Assembly: GCA_002688105.1 (NCBI GenBank)
Contig: NZBQ01000009.1
Location: 21,389-63,555, forward strand
Reading direction: 5' to 3'
Length of the DNA stretch: 42,167 nucleotides
DNA from: Dehalococcoidales bacterium
GTDB lineage: Bacteria > Chloroflexota > Dehalococcoidia > Dehalococcoidales > GCA-2688105
Below the pieces are notes generated by a model. That model made no database searches. It was not told the DNA's origin and was given only the letters and a program-made list of their open reading frames with translations. The number at the start of each line of letters is the position of its first letter. Positions within the stretch are counted from its first letter, which is position 1. Made by a program: the position numbers and the translations under genes. Below are positions 27,366 to 36,673 of the stretch, piece by piece.

Positions 27366-28337
27366 TTATCTTGCTGTATAGTAAATACCACTAAGGGCAT
27401 CTTCAATCTTTGGTTCGGGGCTCTCAGCAGCAAACTTAACCGCCTCATCGAGTTCCCTGTTCACGTCAGCTTGTATTTCCTCGATATCCGATTTAGTTAT
27501 TACCTTTGCCTTGAGCAGGCGGGATTGAAGCCTTGCAATCGGGTCTTTTTTCTTCCAATCCTCTACTTCCTCTTTGGTCCGGTAACTAGTCCCCGGGTCG
27601 CCCATGTGATGTCCATATATTCGATAGGTCATTCCCTCAATAAAGGTAGGACCACCACCTTTCCTAGCCCTCTCTATTGCCTCACTGGCTACCTCAGCAA
27701 CCGCCGCGACATCATTTCCGTCCACGGTTACTCCGGGAATCCCGTAAGCTTTAGCCCTATCAGATATGTGCTCAAGTTTAGTATATACCTTCTGAGGAGT
27801 ACTCAGAGAATACAAATTGTTGGCGCAGACAAAGACTACCGGCAGGTCCCAAACTGAGGCAAAGCAAAGAGCCTCATGGAAGGCGCCGGTACAGGTGGCA
27901 CCGTCACCGAAGAAGCAAACAGTTACCCTATCGAGCTTCTGCATTTTACAGCCGAGGGCAACTCCAGAAGCTATAGGGAGACCAGCACCAACAATCGCCG
28001 TAGCGCCCAGCATATTGCGGTCTGTGGCTACGATATGCATTGAACCTCCCCTACCTTTGCAGTATCCGGTCTCTTTAGCGAAGAGCTCAGCCATCATCTT
28101 GTCAAATCTGGCCCCCTTAGCAATAATATCACCGTGACCCCGGTGAGTGGTCAGAAGATAGTCATCCCCTCTAAGGAAGGCTCCGACCGCAGCCGGGATT
28201 GCCTCTTCCCCAATCGAGGAATGTATAAACCCAGGTATTCCCTTGTGGTATTCCACTATTGCCCTCTCCTCAAAAGCCCGGATCCTTAGCATAATGATAT
28301 AAATTTCCTTAAGCTTCTCTTTACCTATTTTCGACAT
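27366..28337 (-). CDS. 2-oxoacid/acetoin dehydrogenase E1 alpha subunit
   Basis: GFIHSSIGEEA, THRGHG, GRGGSMH, TPP motif GDGA...NN, TYRIYGH; AGGAGG RBS before ATG 28337. Confidence 0.93.
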   Translation of the reverse strand: MSKIGKEKLKEIYIIMLRIRAFEERAIVEYHKGIPGFIHSSIGEEAIPAAVGAFLRGDDYLLTTHRGHGDIIAKGARFDKMMAELFAKETGYCKGRGGSMHIVATDRNMLGATAIVGAGLPIASGVALGCKMQKLDRVTVCFFGDGATCTGAFHEALCFASVWDLPVVFVCANNLYSLSTPQKVYTKLEHISDRAKAYGIPGVTVDGNDVAAVAEVASEAIERARKGGGPTFIEGMTYRIYGHHMGDPGTSYRTKEEVEDWKKKDPIARLQSRLLKAKVITKSDIEEIQADVNRELDEAVKFAAESPEPKIEDALSGIYYTAR

Positions 28338-28528
28338 AGCCCCCCTCCTTACAATCTTTTCACAGAGGTTAACACCAAAGTCACGACTCACCTACCAGTG
28401 AGGGTAAGTAAATTACCGACCCACTAGAACAAAAGCTACCGGTAGGATTTAGATGCAGATTATAAATTGTCAAAACACTTGCTTGCTCAACTGAAATAAG
28501 TTACCAAGTCAGGTAATTATAGCACAAC

Positions 28529-29122
28529 CTACACTTTCTCTAAAACAGGTAGCATATCAACTCCCGGAATTACTTTTTCCCCATCCTTGCCAACTATTTT
28601 CACCCTGGCACCTAAAGCAATTAAGACTGGAGCGGTATCTGATTGGAGAATCCTTTTTTGACAGCCCCTGTCTTCTTTATCCACATAACACACCTTACCA
28701 CCCAGTTTATAGCATGGCGTCCAGCTTCGATGCCAATCATGAGATTGATTATAATACCAGCACCTGGACTCCTGACAGATATTACCGGCGATGGAACCGA
28801 CATTCCTGACCTGGAGGTAAGCCACCCGGCCGGCAGCCTGAGCTAAAACACCGAGCTTTTCCTGAATTACCGAGGAAGTCTCTATAGCACGAAGGGTAGT
28901 TAAAGCACCGATTTTTATCCCGTTCCCGCCGTCTGAGTTAATATAAGCTAAACCGGGGATTCTCTTAAGGTTCACTAAGTAATGAGGTGTAACCACCTCC
29001 TGTTTCATCAGAACTAATACATCAGTACCACCGGCAATTAACTTCGCCTTCCCCTTATATTTCTTAAGTAGGGAGATCGCTTCCTCAACTGTTTTTGGTT
29101 CAAGGTACTCAAAGGTTTTCAA
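28529..29122 (-). pseudogene. 3'-truncated FAD subunit of xanthine dehydrogenase family (HcrB-like, FeS insert)
   Basis: FEYLEP, IAGGTD, IGALTTL, RNVGSIAGN, CQESRCWYY..CYK..C insert, SDTAPVL; similarity ends after EKVIP. Confidence 0.75.
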
Positions 29123-29279
29123 TACTTTACGTCTTCCCCCCAGATTTGTGATTACCTCTGGCAACCATTTAGCACATACTTACTCGCACGATTATCTCGC
29201 CGAGATCGGTCGGTTTTCCAATTTCCCGGCTTCTAATCAGGAACGAGACTTGCGGTAAGCTTCCTTCTTAATTATCCTA

Positions 29280-30479
29280 TTATTTCTTTTTCTTACGATA
29301 GATAAACTGGCAGTTTTGACAAGGACCGTATTCCAGAGCGAAGGTGCAGTAACCGGTGGGTTGTTCATCCTCAATTTCATCCTCTAAACCGGCAAGTTCG
29401 ATAACGTAATGGTTCACTCTAAGGGAAAGGGAATATTCGGTTTTGTAGTATGCCATTTTTCTGGCGTGAACATCAGGCGGTCCTAACTCCGGATTAGGAC
29501 ACCAATGCACTTCAGCAATCCACTCGTCTTCCGTATCCTTCACCACCTTATATCTTGAAGGCACATCAAGGAAGAATGCTTGATGTATTCTGCCTATGTC
29601 TCGGGCGGTCTTTGGCTTTTCCATACCTAACTTCTCCAAGGCGGCGTTGTAAGACATAACCAGCAACTGCTTCCAACACTCCCAATATAATTCTTCAGCT
29701 ATTTCCGGCCCAAATTCAGCATTCAGACACTTCCAGGTAAGGTAAACACCGGCATACTGATTTTTGGTCGCAATCAGCGCCTGTTCATCAGATGTCCGGT
29801 TGGTTACCGCCATACAATAGTCCAGAACATCGTCCAGGCTTAAGTCACGGCAGTCACCCAATCTCCCCTCTTTCTTGGCCGGCGCTACTTCCCCAGGTTC
29901 TTTCTTGGTCGTCTTCCACTCGTAGATGCCACGGCAAACATGGTCTGCCTTGTCCAGACAGGCAAATTTGTCTGCGGTAGCTACTACTTTATCTTCCAGC
30001 CCAGCCAACTCTATCAACCTGGGATAAATCCATTCTTCAGTGGCAGCAGCTGCCTTCAACCAGGTAGAATCCAAATCTTCACCAAAAACTTCTTTGGCTA
30101 TTTGAACCAAAGGACAAGCCAGGACAGTCATAGTAGCACGACCGGGTTCTTCGCTTATTTTAGAAGGACAAGGAGTTCCGTCATTGATAAACATTCGTAT
30201 CCGAACCAGCTTGTCAAGGTCATCCACTTTATCTATACCAAGTACTTCCTTAGCAGCTTTGAATGCCCCATCTACCACCGACTCCCACTTTTTGCGGTGC
30301 ATTTCTATGGCTTTTTCCGGCCCATACTTAGCTTCAACAGCAGCCACCAATTGATGGTCAACCGCCAGAGAGCCCACCATAGCCGCCTTAGCATGCTCAT
30401 ATGTAGACCTACCGGATTCCTTCAGCACCTCAAAAAACTCTCTTTCCTCAGGTTCAAGTTTTTTCATGTCCAGTACCAT
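29280..30479 (-). CDS. Hypothetical protein with two tandem ATC-hydrolase/V4R-like Cys-motif domains
   Basis: Repeated pattern (Y/F)GPE.A.E...W..LG...V..CP...C..C..IY.(W/K)K; AAGGAGGT RBS. Confidence 0.65.
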   Translation of the reverse strand: MVLDMKKLEPEEREFFEVLKESGRSTYEHAKAAMVGSLAVDHQLVAAVEAKYGPEKAIEMHRKKWESVVDGAFKAAKEVLGIDKVDDLDKLVRIRMFINDGTPCPSKISEEPGRATMTVLACPLVQIAKEVFGEDLDSTWLKAAAATEEWIYPRLIELAGLEDKVVATADKFACLDKADHVCRGIYEWKTTKKEPGEVAPAKKEGRLGDCRDLSLDDVLDYCMAVTNRTSDEQALIATKNQYAGVYLTWKCLNAEFGPEIAEELYWECWKQLLVMSYNAALEKLGMEKPKTARDIGRIHQAFFLDVPSRYKVVKDTEDEWIAEVHWCPNPELGPPDVHARKMAYYKTEYSLSLRVNHYVIELAGLEDEIEDEQPTGYCTFALEYGPCQNCQFIYRKKKK

Positions 30480-30545
30480 AGCATTAACCTCCTTTTAATT
30501 AATTTGTGGCTTACCGCTTAACCACATAATCAGAGTCTTAAGCCC

Positions 30546-31397
30546 TCACCTTTTCGGTGGAAAGTATAAATCTTCAGCTATATCAGCCACTCGCCTTAAA
30601 ATCTCGGGTCTGACGTCACGCAGCAATGGAAGGTCCAGCCTGGCCTGCGTGATGATATCAGGGTCTAATTCCCTCTGAATGATTTCGTCGTTAAGGTCCT
30701 CTCCATATTGTGCGCTCTCTATAATTTGAGCAGCGTTATCGACTATGCAGGAGCCGCCTTCAAAAACCACTCCTTCCTGTGGGCCAATCTCATTCACAAA
30801 GGCGAAAAAGGCTTGATTTTCCACTGCCCGGGCTTGGGCGAGAAGCCGGAAAACATCAGGGACTTTAAAAGGAGAAGCCGAAATGTTAAACAGCAGCCAG
30901 GCTCCCTGGAGCGCACAGCACCTCTCTATCTCTGGGAACCAGAAATCGTAACAAATTTCTACCCCAATTTTACCGAACCTGGTATCAAACACCTTGATGT
31001 CAAAGCCCGGTTTAAAGAAGAGATGCTCTTCGTATCGGACCCCGGCATATTCAAAGGTTACCAAATGGAGCTTTCGATAGACCCCTAAAACCCCGTCAGG
31101 CTCAATTAACACTGCTGAATTATGGGCTAAGCTCCCGTTCAACTCCGGCATACCGAAAAGGATATCAATGTTCTTATCTTTAGCCAGTTTGACCACTTTT
31201 TCAGTTGCAGGTCCTCCAATTGGTTCCGCATGTTCCAACCATCTTTTACCACATACATACCCGGTCAGAGCCATCTCAGGAAAGGCAACGAAGTCAGCCC
31301 CATCCTTGGCCGCCTGGCTGGAAAGGTCCAGAATCTTTTCCAGATTCCGCTTTTTGTTATGAAGCTCTGGCTTCATCTGCACTAAAGCTAATTTCAT
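30546..31397 (-). CDS. Carbon-nitrogen hydrolase (nitrilase family)
   Basis: Catalytic triad FPE, YRKLHL, ICYD; ARAVENQ. Confidence 0.93.
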   Translation of the reverse strand: MKLALVQMKPELHNKKRNLEKILDLSSQAAKDGADFVAFPEMALTGYVCGKRWLEHAEPIGGPATEKVVKLAKDKNIDILFGMPELNGSLAHNSAVLIEPDGVLGVYRKLHLVTFEYAGVRYEEHLFFKPGFDIKVFDTRFGKIGVEICYDFWFPEIERCCALQGAWLLFNISASPFKVPDVFRLLAQARAVENQAFFAFVNEIGPQEGVVFEGGSCIVDNAAQIIESAQYGEDLNDEIIQRELDPDIITQARLDLPLLRDVRPEILRRVADIAEDLYFPPKR

Positions 31398-31446
31398 AAA
31401 ACCTTCCCTCCTAAGATTTTGGGCTATATAGAAATTATCCTCAGGC

Positions 31447-32724
31447 TTACCACTCTATCCATCCGGTATCAACCGGACCTTCTCCTGCCCAGATCGTCTT
31501 GCCCGTTTTAGCATGAACGATAGAGATGGCACCAGTGGGGCAAATCCCGGCACAGAATCCACAACCCACGCACTCCACGTCATCTACCCCAATTTCGTCC
31601 TTATCTTTATCGGCACTTATAGCATCATGAATGCAGGTGATAACACACTGCATGCAGAAGTTACATTTGCCAACATCAAACTCAGGCAGAACAGGAGTGG
31701 ATACACTCTTTAGATCCAGCATTGCCTCTTCATGAGGAACATCTTTATATAGCTTCAGCTGAGGCAAAAGCTTACCTTTAAAGTCATTGATGCTGTTATA
31801 TCCTTTTCTCTCCATAAAGGCTTCAATTCCGTTAAGGATTTCGGGGAACACTCGCGCACCCTTAAAATATAGCGAAGAAACCATCTGAACCGTCGGACAG
31901 CCGAGAAGAATGTACTCGAGAGCATCCTCTGTCTTGAAAATGCCACCGCAGCCTGATACTTCAAGGTCACAGGCTTGTTTGATCTGAGCCACTTTGGCAA
32001 TTCCCCACCACTTCAAAGATGGCCCGGGAATATAACCGACCAGGGTGTTTGCTCCCCTGATTACTTCATTCTCCACATCAATTGAAAAGCCTCCAGGTGC
32101 ATTGACCGCCGTGCAGAAATCAGCCCCACCGTCCCTCTGAGCAATAACAGCTATCCTATCAAGCCTTCTAATGGTAGGTGAAAGTTTAATGCCGACGGGA
32201 ATATTTACTGCCTTCTTTACCGCGGCAGTCAGCCTGGCGGTAATCCCGGGGTCTTCTCCAAGCTCAATTTCATCGTAATTATCCGATTCTCCCGGCGCCA
32301 GCGGACAGCCTAAATCCAATTCAATGGCTTCAACCCCAGCCGCTTCTACCAACTGGGCTAACTCGCCCCAATCATCTAAGTCTGCCCCCCGACCAACAAT
32401 ACTCTGTATCCACCTGGCATTGTATTTCTGGCATATTTCCTTGAATCTTGGAGCCTCTTCTTTAGCCCAAACATCCGGGGGTATGGTGCTTAACAATTCC
32501 CCCTCTGTCATGGCTCCTTTTAGGCCATGCCTGCTTAACGGATAAAAGGTCGGCCTAATATAACTGCGTAACTTTGGGTCAGATGTTACCGTTTTGGCGA
32601 GTACACCGCCAGCCCCGGCTTTCAGCCATTTCTCGGTAACCTTCGCCCACTCGGTTATACCGGCACAACCGGCAATCAGCGGATTTTTAAAGGTCAATCC
32701 TACCATTCTCGTCTTTAGTGACAA
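31447..32724 (-). CDS. Dihydropyrimidine dehydrogenase PreA-like FMN protein with C-terminal 2x[4Fe-4S] domain, divergent
   Basis: FKNPL, KT, ELDLGCP, KLSP, SGCGGI, CNFCMQCVITC and CVGCGFCAGICP; TTG at 32724 after AAGGGGAG. Confidence 0.85.
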   Translation of the reverse strand: MSLKTRMVGLTFKNPLIAGCAGITEWAKVTEKWLKAGAGGVLAKTVTSDPKLRSYIRPTFYPLSRHGLKGAMTEGELLSTIPPDVWAKEEAPRFKEICQKYNARWIQSIVGRGADLDDWGELAQLVEAAGVEAIELDLGCPLAPGESDNYDEIELGEDPGITARLTAAVKKAVNIPVGIKLSPTIRRLDRIAVIAQRDGGADFCTAVNAPGGFSIDVENEVIRGANTLVGYIPGPSLKWWGIAKVAQIKQACDLEVSGCGGIFKTEDALEYILLGCPTVQMVSSLYFKGARVFPEILNGIEAFMERKGYNSINDFKGKLLPQLKLYKDVPHEEAMLDLKSVSTPVLPEFDVGKCNFCMQCVITCIHDAISADKDKDEIGVDDVECVGCGFCAGICPTGAISIVHAKTGKTIWAGEGPVDTGWIEW

Positions 32725-32802
32725 CTTAACTCCCCTTTCTTTTTCGAGATAAAGAAATCGCATTATACCCAGAGACACATATTAGTCTCGCAATAATGAA
32801 AT

Positions 32803-33732
32803 TTAGACTTCTCCCTTGATGTAAGGGACAGCCAACTTCCTAGGCGGAACAGCTTTCCTCACCACACCGACTATACCGACTAAGACAATTACGGTTACAA
32901 CATAGGGCAACATAAGGAGTAGCGGGAACGGGACAGGAACTCCTGCCGCCTGCAGCTGCATCTGTAGGGCATCAATAAAAGCAAACAGAAGTGAACCACC
33001 AAGTATACCCCACGGGTTCCACCCGCCGAAGATGACAATACAAAGAGCTATAAATCCACGGCCGGCGGTCATATTCTCACTGAATCTATGTAATACTGCT
33101 AATGGTAGATATGCCCCACCAAATCCTGACATGGCACCAGTGATAAGAACACTGAGGTAACGCATTTTGGGGACACTGTATCCAGCCATATCAACTGCTA
33201 ATGGGTTCTCCCCCGTTGCTCTAACAAGTAAACCAAAGCGTGTCCGGAACATAATAAGGGCAAAAACGACAACCAAAAGCATGGCAATGTAAAACAGGAC
33301 ATTCTGCTGGAAGATGACTGGACCGATTCCAGGGAGGTCGCTCAGCACTGGTATTTGAACAGATGCAAAACCATCTAGAGGGTCCGTGATGCCCACTGTT
33401 CTAAATATAAAGGAACTAATTCCCATACTAAACAGCCATATGGCTATGCCACTGATTATCTGGTTAGTTTTAAATGTTATCGACAAACAGGCGTGGACTA
33501 GACTGAGCGCCGCACCGGCCAGCATTCCTATAACTATGCCAAACCACACATTGCCGGTAGTAACCGCCGCAAGGTATGAGGCTACAGCACCCATTAACAT
33601 ATATCCTTCAACACCTACGTTATATACTCCAGACCGCTCTGAAACTGCCTCACCCAACGACGGAACGAGCAAAGCAAAACTCATCCGTAGGGTAGCCGCT
33701 AACACCGGGATTATAAGTGGGTAAAAATCCAT
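32803..33732 (-). CDS. ABC transporter permease (nucleoside/BMP-associated)
   Basis: SERSGVYNVGVEG, RATGENP, AGRGFIAL, MLPY. Confidence 0.92.
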   Translation of the reverse strand: MDFYPLIIPVLAATLRMSFALLVPSLGEAVSERSGVYNVGVEGYMLMGAVASYLAAVTTGNVWFGIVIGMLAGAALSLVHACLSITFKTNQIISGIAIWLFSMGISSFIFRTVGITDPLDGFASVQIPVLSDLPGIGPVIFQQNVLFYIAMLLVVVFALIMFRTRFGLLVRATGENPLAVDMAGYSVPKMRYLSVLITGAMSGFGGAYLPLAVLHRFSENMTAGRGFIALCIVIFGGWNPWGILGGSLLFAFIDALQMQLQAAGVPVPFPLLLMLPYVVTVIVLVGIVGVVRKAVPPRKLAVPYIKGEV

Positions 33733-33760
33733 ATATCTACCCCTCCCTTTTAACAATCAG

Positions 33761-34825
33761 TTAATCATGATGAATCTTAAATAGATTTTCAAAGCGTTGC
33801 TCTAGGAATGGCAGTAGCACCAAAGCCAACATAATGACAGCCACTAATACATGAACCACGGTAACATCAAGGCCAAGACTTGACTGAACATAATGGCTCC
33901 CAGATAATAACCCTCCCAGGAATATCGCCATAATCACTGCCCCCAGAGGATGCAACCTTCCAACAAAAGCAACTACTATGGCTAGAAACCCGTAACTAAC
34001 AGAAATATTATCTGCCAGCACATGGAAAATCCCTGATACCTGAGCCATCCCGGCAATACCAGACAGACCACCACTTAAAATCATAGAAGTTACAACAATT
34101 TTCCTAACCGGTATACCACCATACAATGCTGTATCAGGATTTACACCTACAGCTTTAATATGATAGCCGTAGGTACTCTTTTGCAAAATGAACCAGACCA
34201 CTACTGCCAGTACCAAGGCTATTATGAATCCCGCATGTGCGCCAGTTCCCGGCAGTATTGGCAGCCAGGCGGTAGGCCATATTTGTTCACTTACCGGAAA
34301 ACCGGCCGCAGTAGTTGACCTCCACGGAAACTTTATCAAATAAGATACAAACCATACAGCAATGAAAACCATGAGTAGAGAAGTGATGATTTCGTTGGTA
34401 TTGAATCTGGCTCGTAAATATCCAGGTATTGCTCCCCATACCGCCCCAAAAATGAAGGCAAATATAACCATTAAGAGAATCTGCAACGGCCCGGGTATAC
34501 TGGGAACAAAATATCCGGCTATAAGAGCCCCTACTGCTCCCATATACAATTGCCCTTCAGCACCTATGTTCCATATTCCAGCCCTGAATACCAGTAAAAG
34601 TCCTAAAGCACAAAATAGAAGAGGGGTCGCCTGATTTAGCGCCTGACCTAGCCTATGTAAACTCCCAAAGCCTCCGCTAAACAAGCCCAAAAACACTTCT
34701 CCGGGATTGAACCCGGAAATAGCAACTAAAATTGAAGTAATCCCAAATGCTACAGCAAACACGATTAATAAAGGGATTACCTTGCTAAGATAATAGCCCC
34801 GCCTTGGGGATAAACGTAATCTCAC
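33761..34825 (-). CDS. ABC transporter permease (nucleoside/BMP-associated)
   Basis: ATPLL, WNIGAEGQ, NEIITSL, GRLHPLG. Confidence 0.92.
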   Translation of the reverse strand: MRLRLSPRRGYYLSKVIPLLIVFAVAFGITSILVAISGFNPGEVFLGLFSGGFGSLHRLGQALNQATPLLFCALGLLLVFRAGIWNIGAEGQLYMGAVGALIAGYFVPSIPGPLQILLMVIFAFIFGAVWGAIPGYLRARFNTNEIITSLLMVFIAVWFVSYLIKFPWRSTTAAGFPVSEQIWPTAWLPILPGTGAHAGFIIALVLAVVVWFILQKSTYGYHIKAVGVNPDTALYGGIPVRKIVVTSMILSGGLSGIAGMAQVSGIFHVLADNISVSYGFLAIVVAFVGRLHPLGAVIMAIFLGGLLSGSHYVQSSLGLDVTVVHVLVAVIMLALVLLPFLEQRFENLFKIHHD

Positions 34826-34827
34826 TG

Positions 34828-36360
34828 CTAGCCCTCACCTCCTCCACCGCCAACCATCAGTCTTTCTATCTCACTTCTATTAATTTTGTCGTGGGGGAAC
34901 ATCGTCATTTTCCCCTCAAACATAACTCCAACCCTATCGGATAATCTCAAAACCTCATCCAGGTCATAAGAGACTAATAAAGTCGCTTTCCCATTTTCTC
35001 TCTGCTCTACTAGTCTCTCATTCACAAACTCAACAGTTTTGGCATCCAAGCCTCTGACCGGTTGGGCAGCAATTATAAGCTCCGGCTCCCAGGCGAATTC
35101 TCTGGCTAAGACCATCTTCTGTAGATTCCCGCCTGATAAATGCCTGGCTAGCGCATCTATTCCCCTCGTTATCACATTATACTTTTTGACCTGCTTTTCA
35201 GCGAAGCTCCTGATGGGAAGAAAATTCAAAAACGGGAAACGATTGGAAAGAAATCTGTAGATAAAAGGAGGCTTATCTTCTCGTCCCAGGATTAGATTCT
35301 CGCTAATGGCCAAATCACTAAACGAGCCCATCTTCATCCGCTCCTCGGGGATATGCGCCATTCCCATCTCCCTCCGAGCTTTTGGCGAGTAATTGGTTAC
35401 CTCTTTCCCTTTGAACAATATACTGCCTTCTTCAACTTTGCGCAGGCCAGTAATAGCCTCAATCAGCTCTTTCTGACCATTACCAGCTACACCAGCTACA
35501 CCCACAATCTCGCCTTTTAAGACATTAAAGGATATTTCTTTAATCCTGGTTAGCCTCCGAACATCCTTGACATGCAAATTTTTTACCTCTAAAACTGGGG
35601 ATCTATCCTTGGCGGCTATTGGCTTATATTCCCGAACAGTTACCTTTCCCCCAAACATTGCCTCAACCAATCCGGCATGAGTTGCGCCCTTGGCATCCTG
35701 CTCTGAGACAATCTTCCCATCTCTTAAAATTGTTATCCGGTCGGTGAGGAGTGCTTCCATCAATTTATGGGTAATAAATATAACCGATTTTCCTTGGCTG
35801 GTCATTGAGCGCAGTATCTTGAACAATTCCTCTGTCTCCTGAGAAGTAAGAACAGCCGTTGGCTCATCCAGAATGAGGATTTCCGCACCTTGGTAAAGGG
35901 CTTTAAGGATTTCGACACGCTGTTGCTCTCCCACCGATAGCTCCTCTACCTTTGCCTGTGCTTCTATGTGAAAGCCACAACTTTCTGCCAGAGCTAACAC
36001 CCTCCTCCGGGTTTCTTTCTCATCGATTAGAACGTTTCTGGCAGGAATATCTCCAAGAACAATATTCTCGCTGACGGTGAGCGGCAGAACCAAACTAAAG
36101 TGCTGAGATACCATCCCTATTTTCTGATTTATGGCATCTCTAGGGGACCTCAGCTTCATCTTTTGGCCTCTGATGTATAGCGCCCCTTCATCTGGCTGCC
36201 ATAAGCCGTAAAGAACGTTCATTAGAGTTGTCTTGCCGGCGCCATTCTCACCAAGCAGAGAATGTATCTCCCCCTCCTCCACCTGGAGAGTAATATTATC
36301 ATTAGCTACTAACTCTCCAAACCGTTTAACAATGTTCTCCATTTTCAGAATTGGTGCCAT
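34828..36360 (-). CDS. ABC transporter ATPase with two ABC domains
   Basis: GENGAGKT, LSVGEQQRVEI, LDEPT, LSGGNLQK. Confidence 0.95.
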   Translation of the reverse strand: MAPILKMENIVKRFGELVANDNITLQVEEGEIHSLLGENGAGKTTLMNVLYGLWQPDEGALYIRGQKMKLRSPRDAINQKIGMVSQHFSLVLPLTVSENIVLGDIPARNVLIDEKETRRRVLALAESCGFHIEAQAKVEELSVGEQQRVEILKALYQGAEILILDEPTAVLTSQETEELFKILRSMTSQGKSVIFITHKLMEALLTDRITILRDGKIVSEQDAKGATHAGLVEAMFGGKVTVREYKPIAAKDRSPVLEVKNLHVKDVRRLTRIKEISFNVLKGEIVGVAGVAGNGQKELIEAITGLRKVEEGSILFKGKEVTNYSPKARREMGMAHIPEERMKMGSFSDLAISENLILGREDKPPFIYRFLSNRFPFLNFLPIRSFAEKQVKKYNVITRGIDALARHLSGGNLQKMVLAREFAWEPELIIAAQPVRGLDAKTVEFVNERLVEQRENGKATLLVSYDLDEVLRLSDRVGVMFEGKMTMFPHDKINRSEIERLMVGGGGGEG

Positions 36361-36573
36361 CTCACCCTCCAAACCAGCCTCATAGATATCTCCTCTGACG
36401 AAAGTTCTAATCTATTTACCATACTGAAGTCTGAATCCGCTCGACAGAATTATCTATAAAACTGCCATTACATATTTTACCCTACATCACATCGCACACC
36501 GACATACCCGCACTTTCTATGGCGTGCAGTCTATAAGTCAAATTACGCACCAAGTTCGCATCTCCAGGCAACC

Positions 36574-36601
36574 CTTGGGCAAGTCCTAAGACCTGCCCAA
36601 G
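36574..36601 (-). terminator. Stem-loop downstream of the binding-protein gene (partial terminator or stabiliser)
   Basis: CTTGGGCAGGTC-TTAG-GACTTGCCCAAG on the minus strand. Confidence 0.55.
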
Positions 36602-36673
36602 AATCACCCCTTCTCCTCCCCTTTCCCTAGAGTAGAGAGGATAAAGTAAAGCCGACTACGAAGTGATCAAAGT

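Noticed and set aside
29170-29255. Minus-strand frame EIGKPTDLGEIIVRVSMC resembling a Zn alcohol dehydrogenase N-terminus
   Set aside because: Too short, no start codon, and similarity could be chance
29940-30521. 193-aa plus-strand ORF and other long antisense ORFs
   Set aside because: They overlap well-supported genes on the opposite strand and have no motifs or RBS
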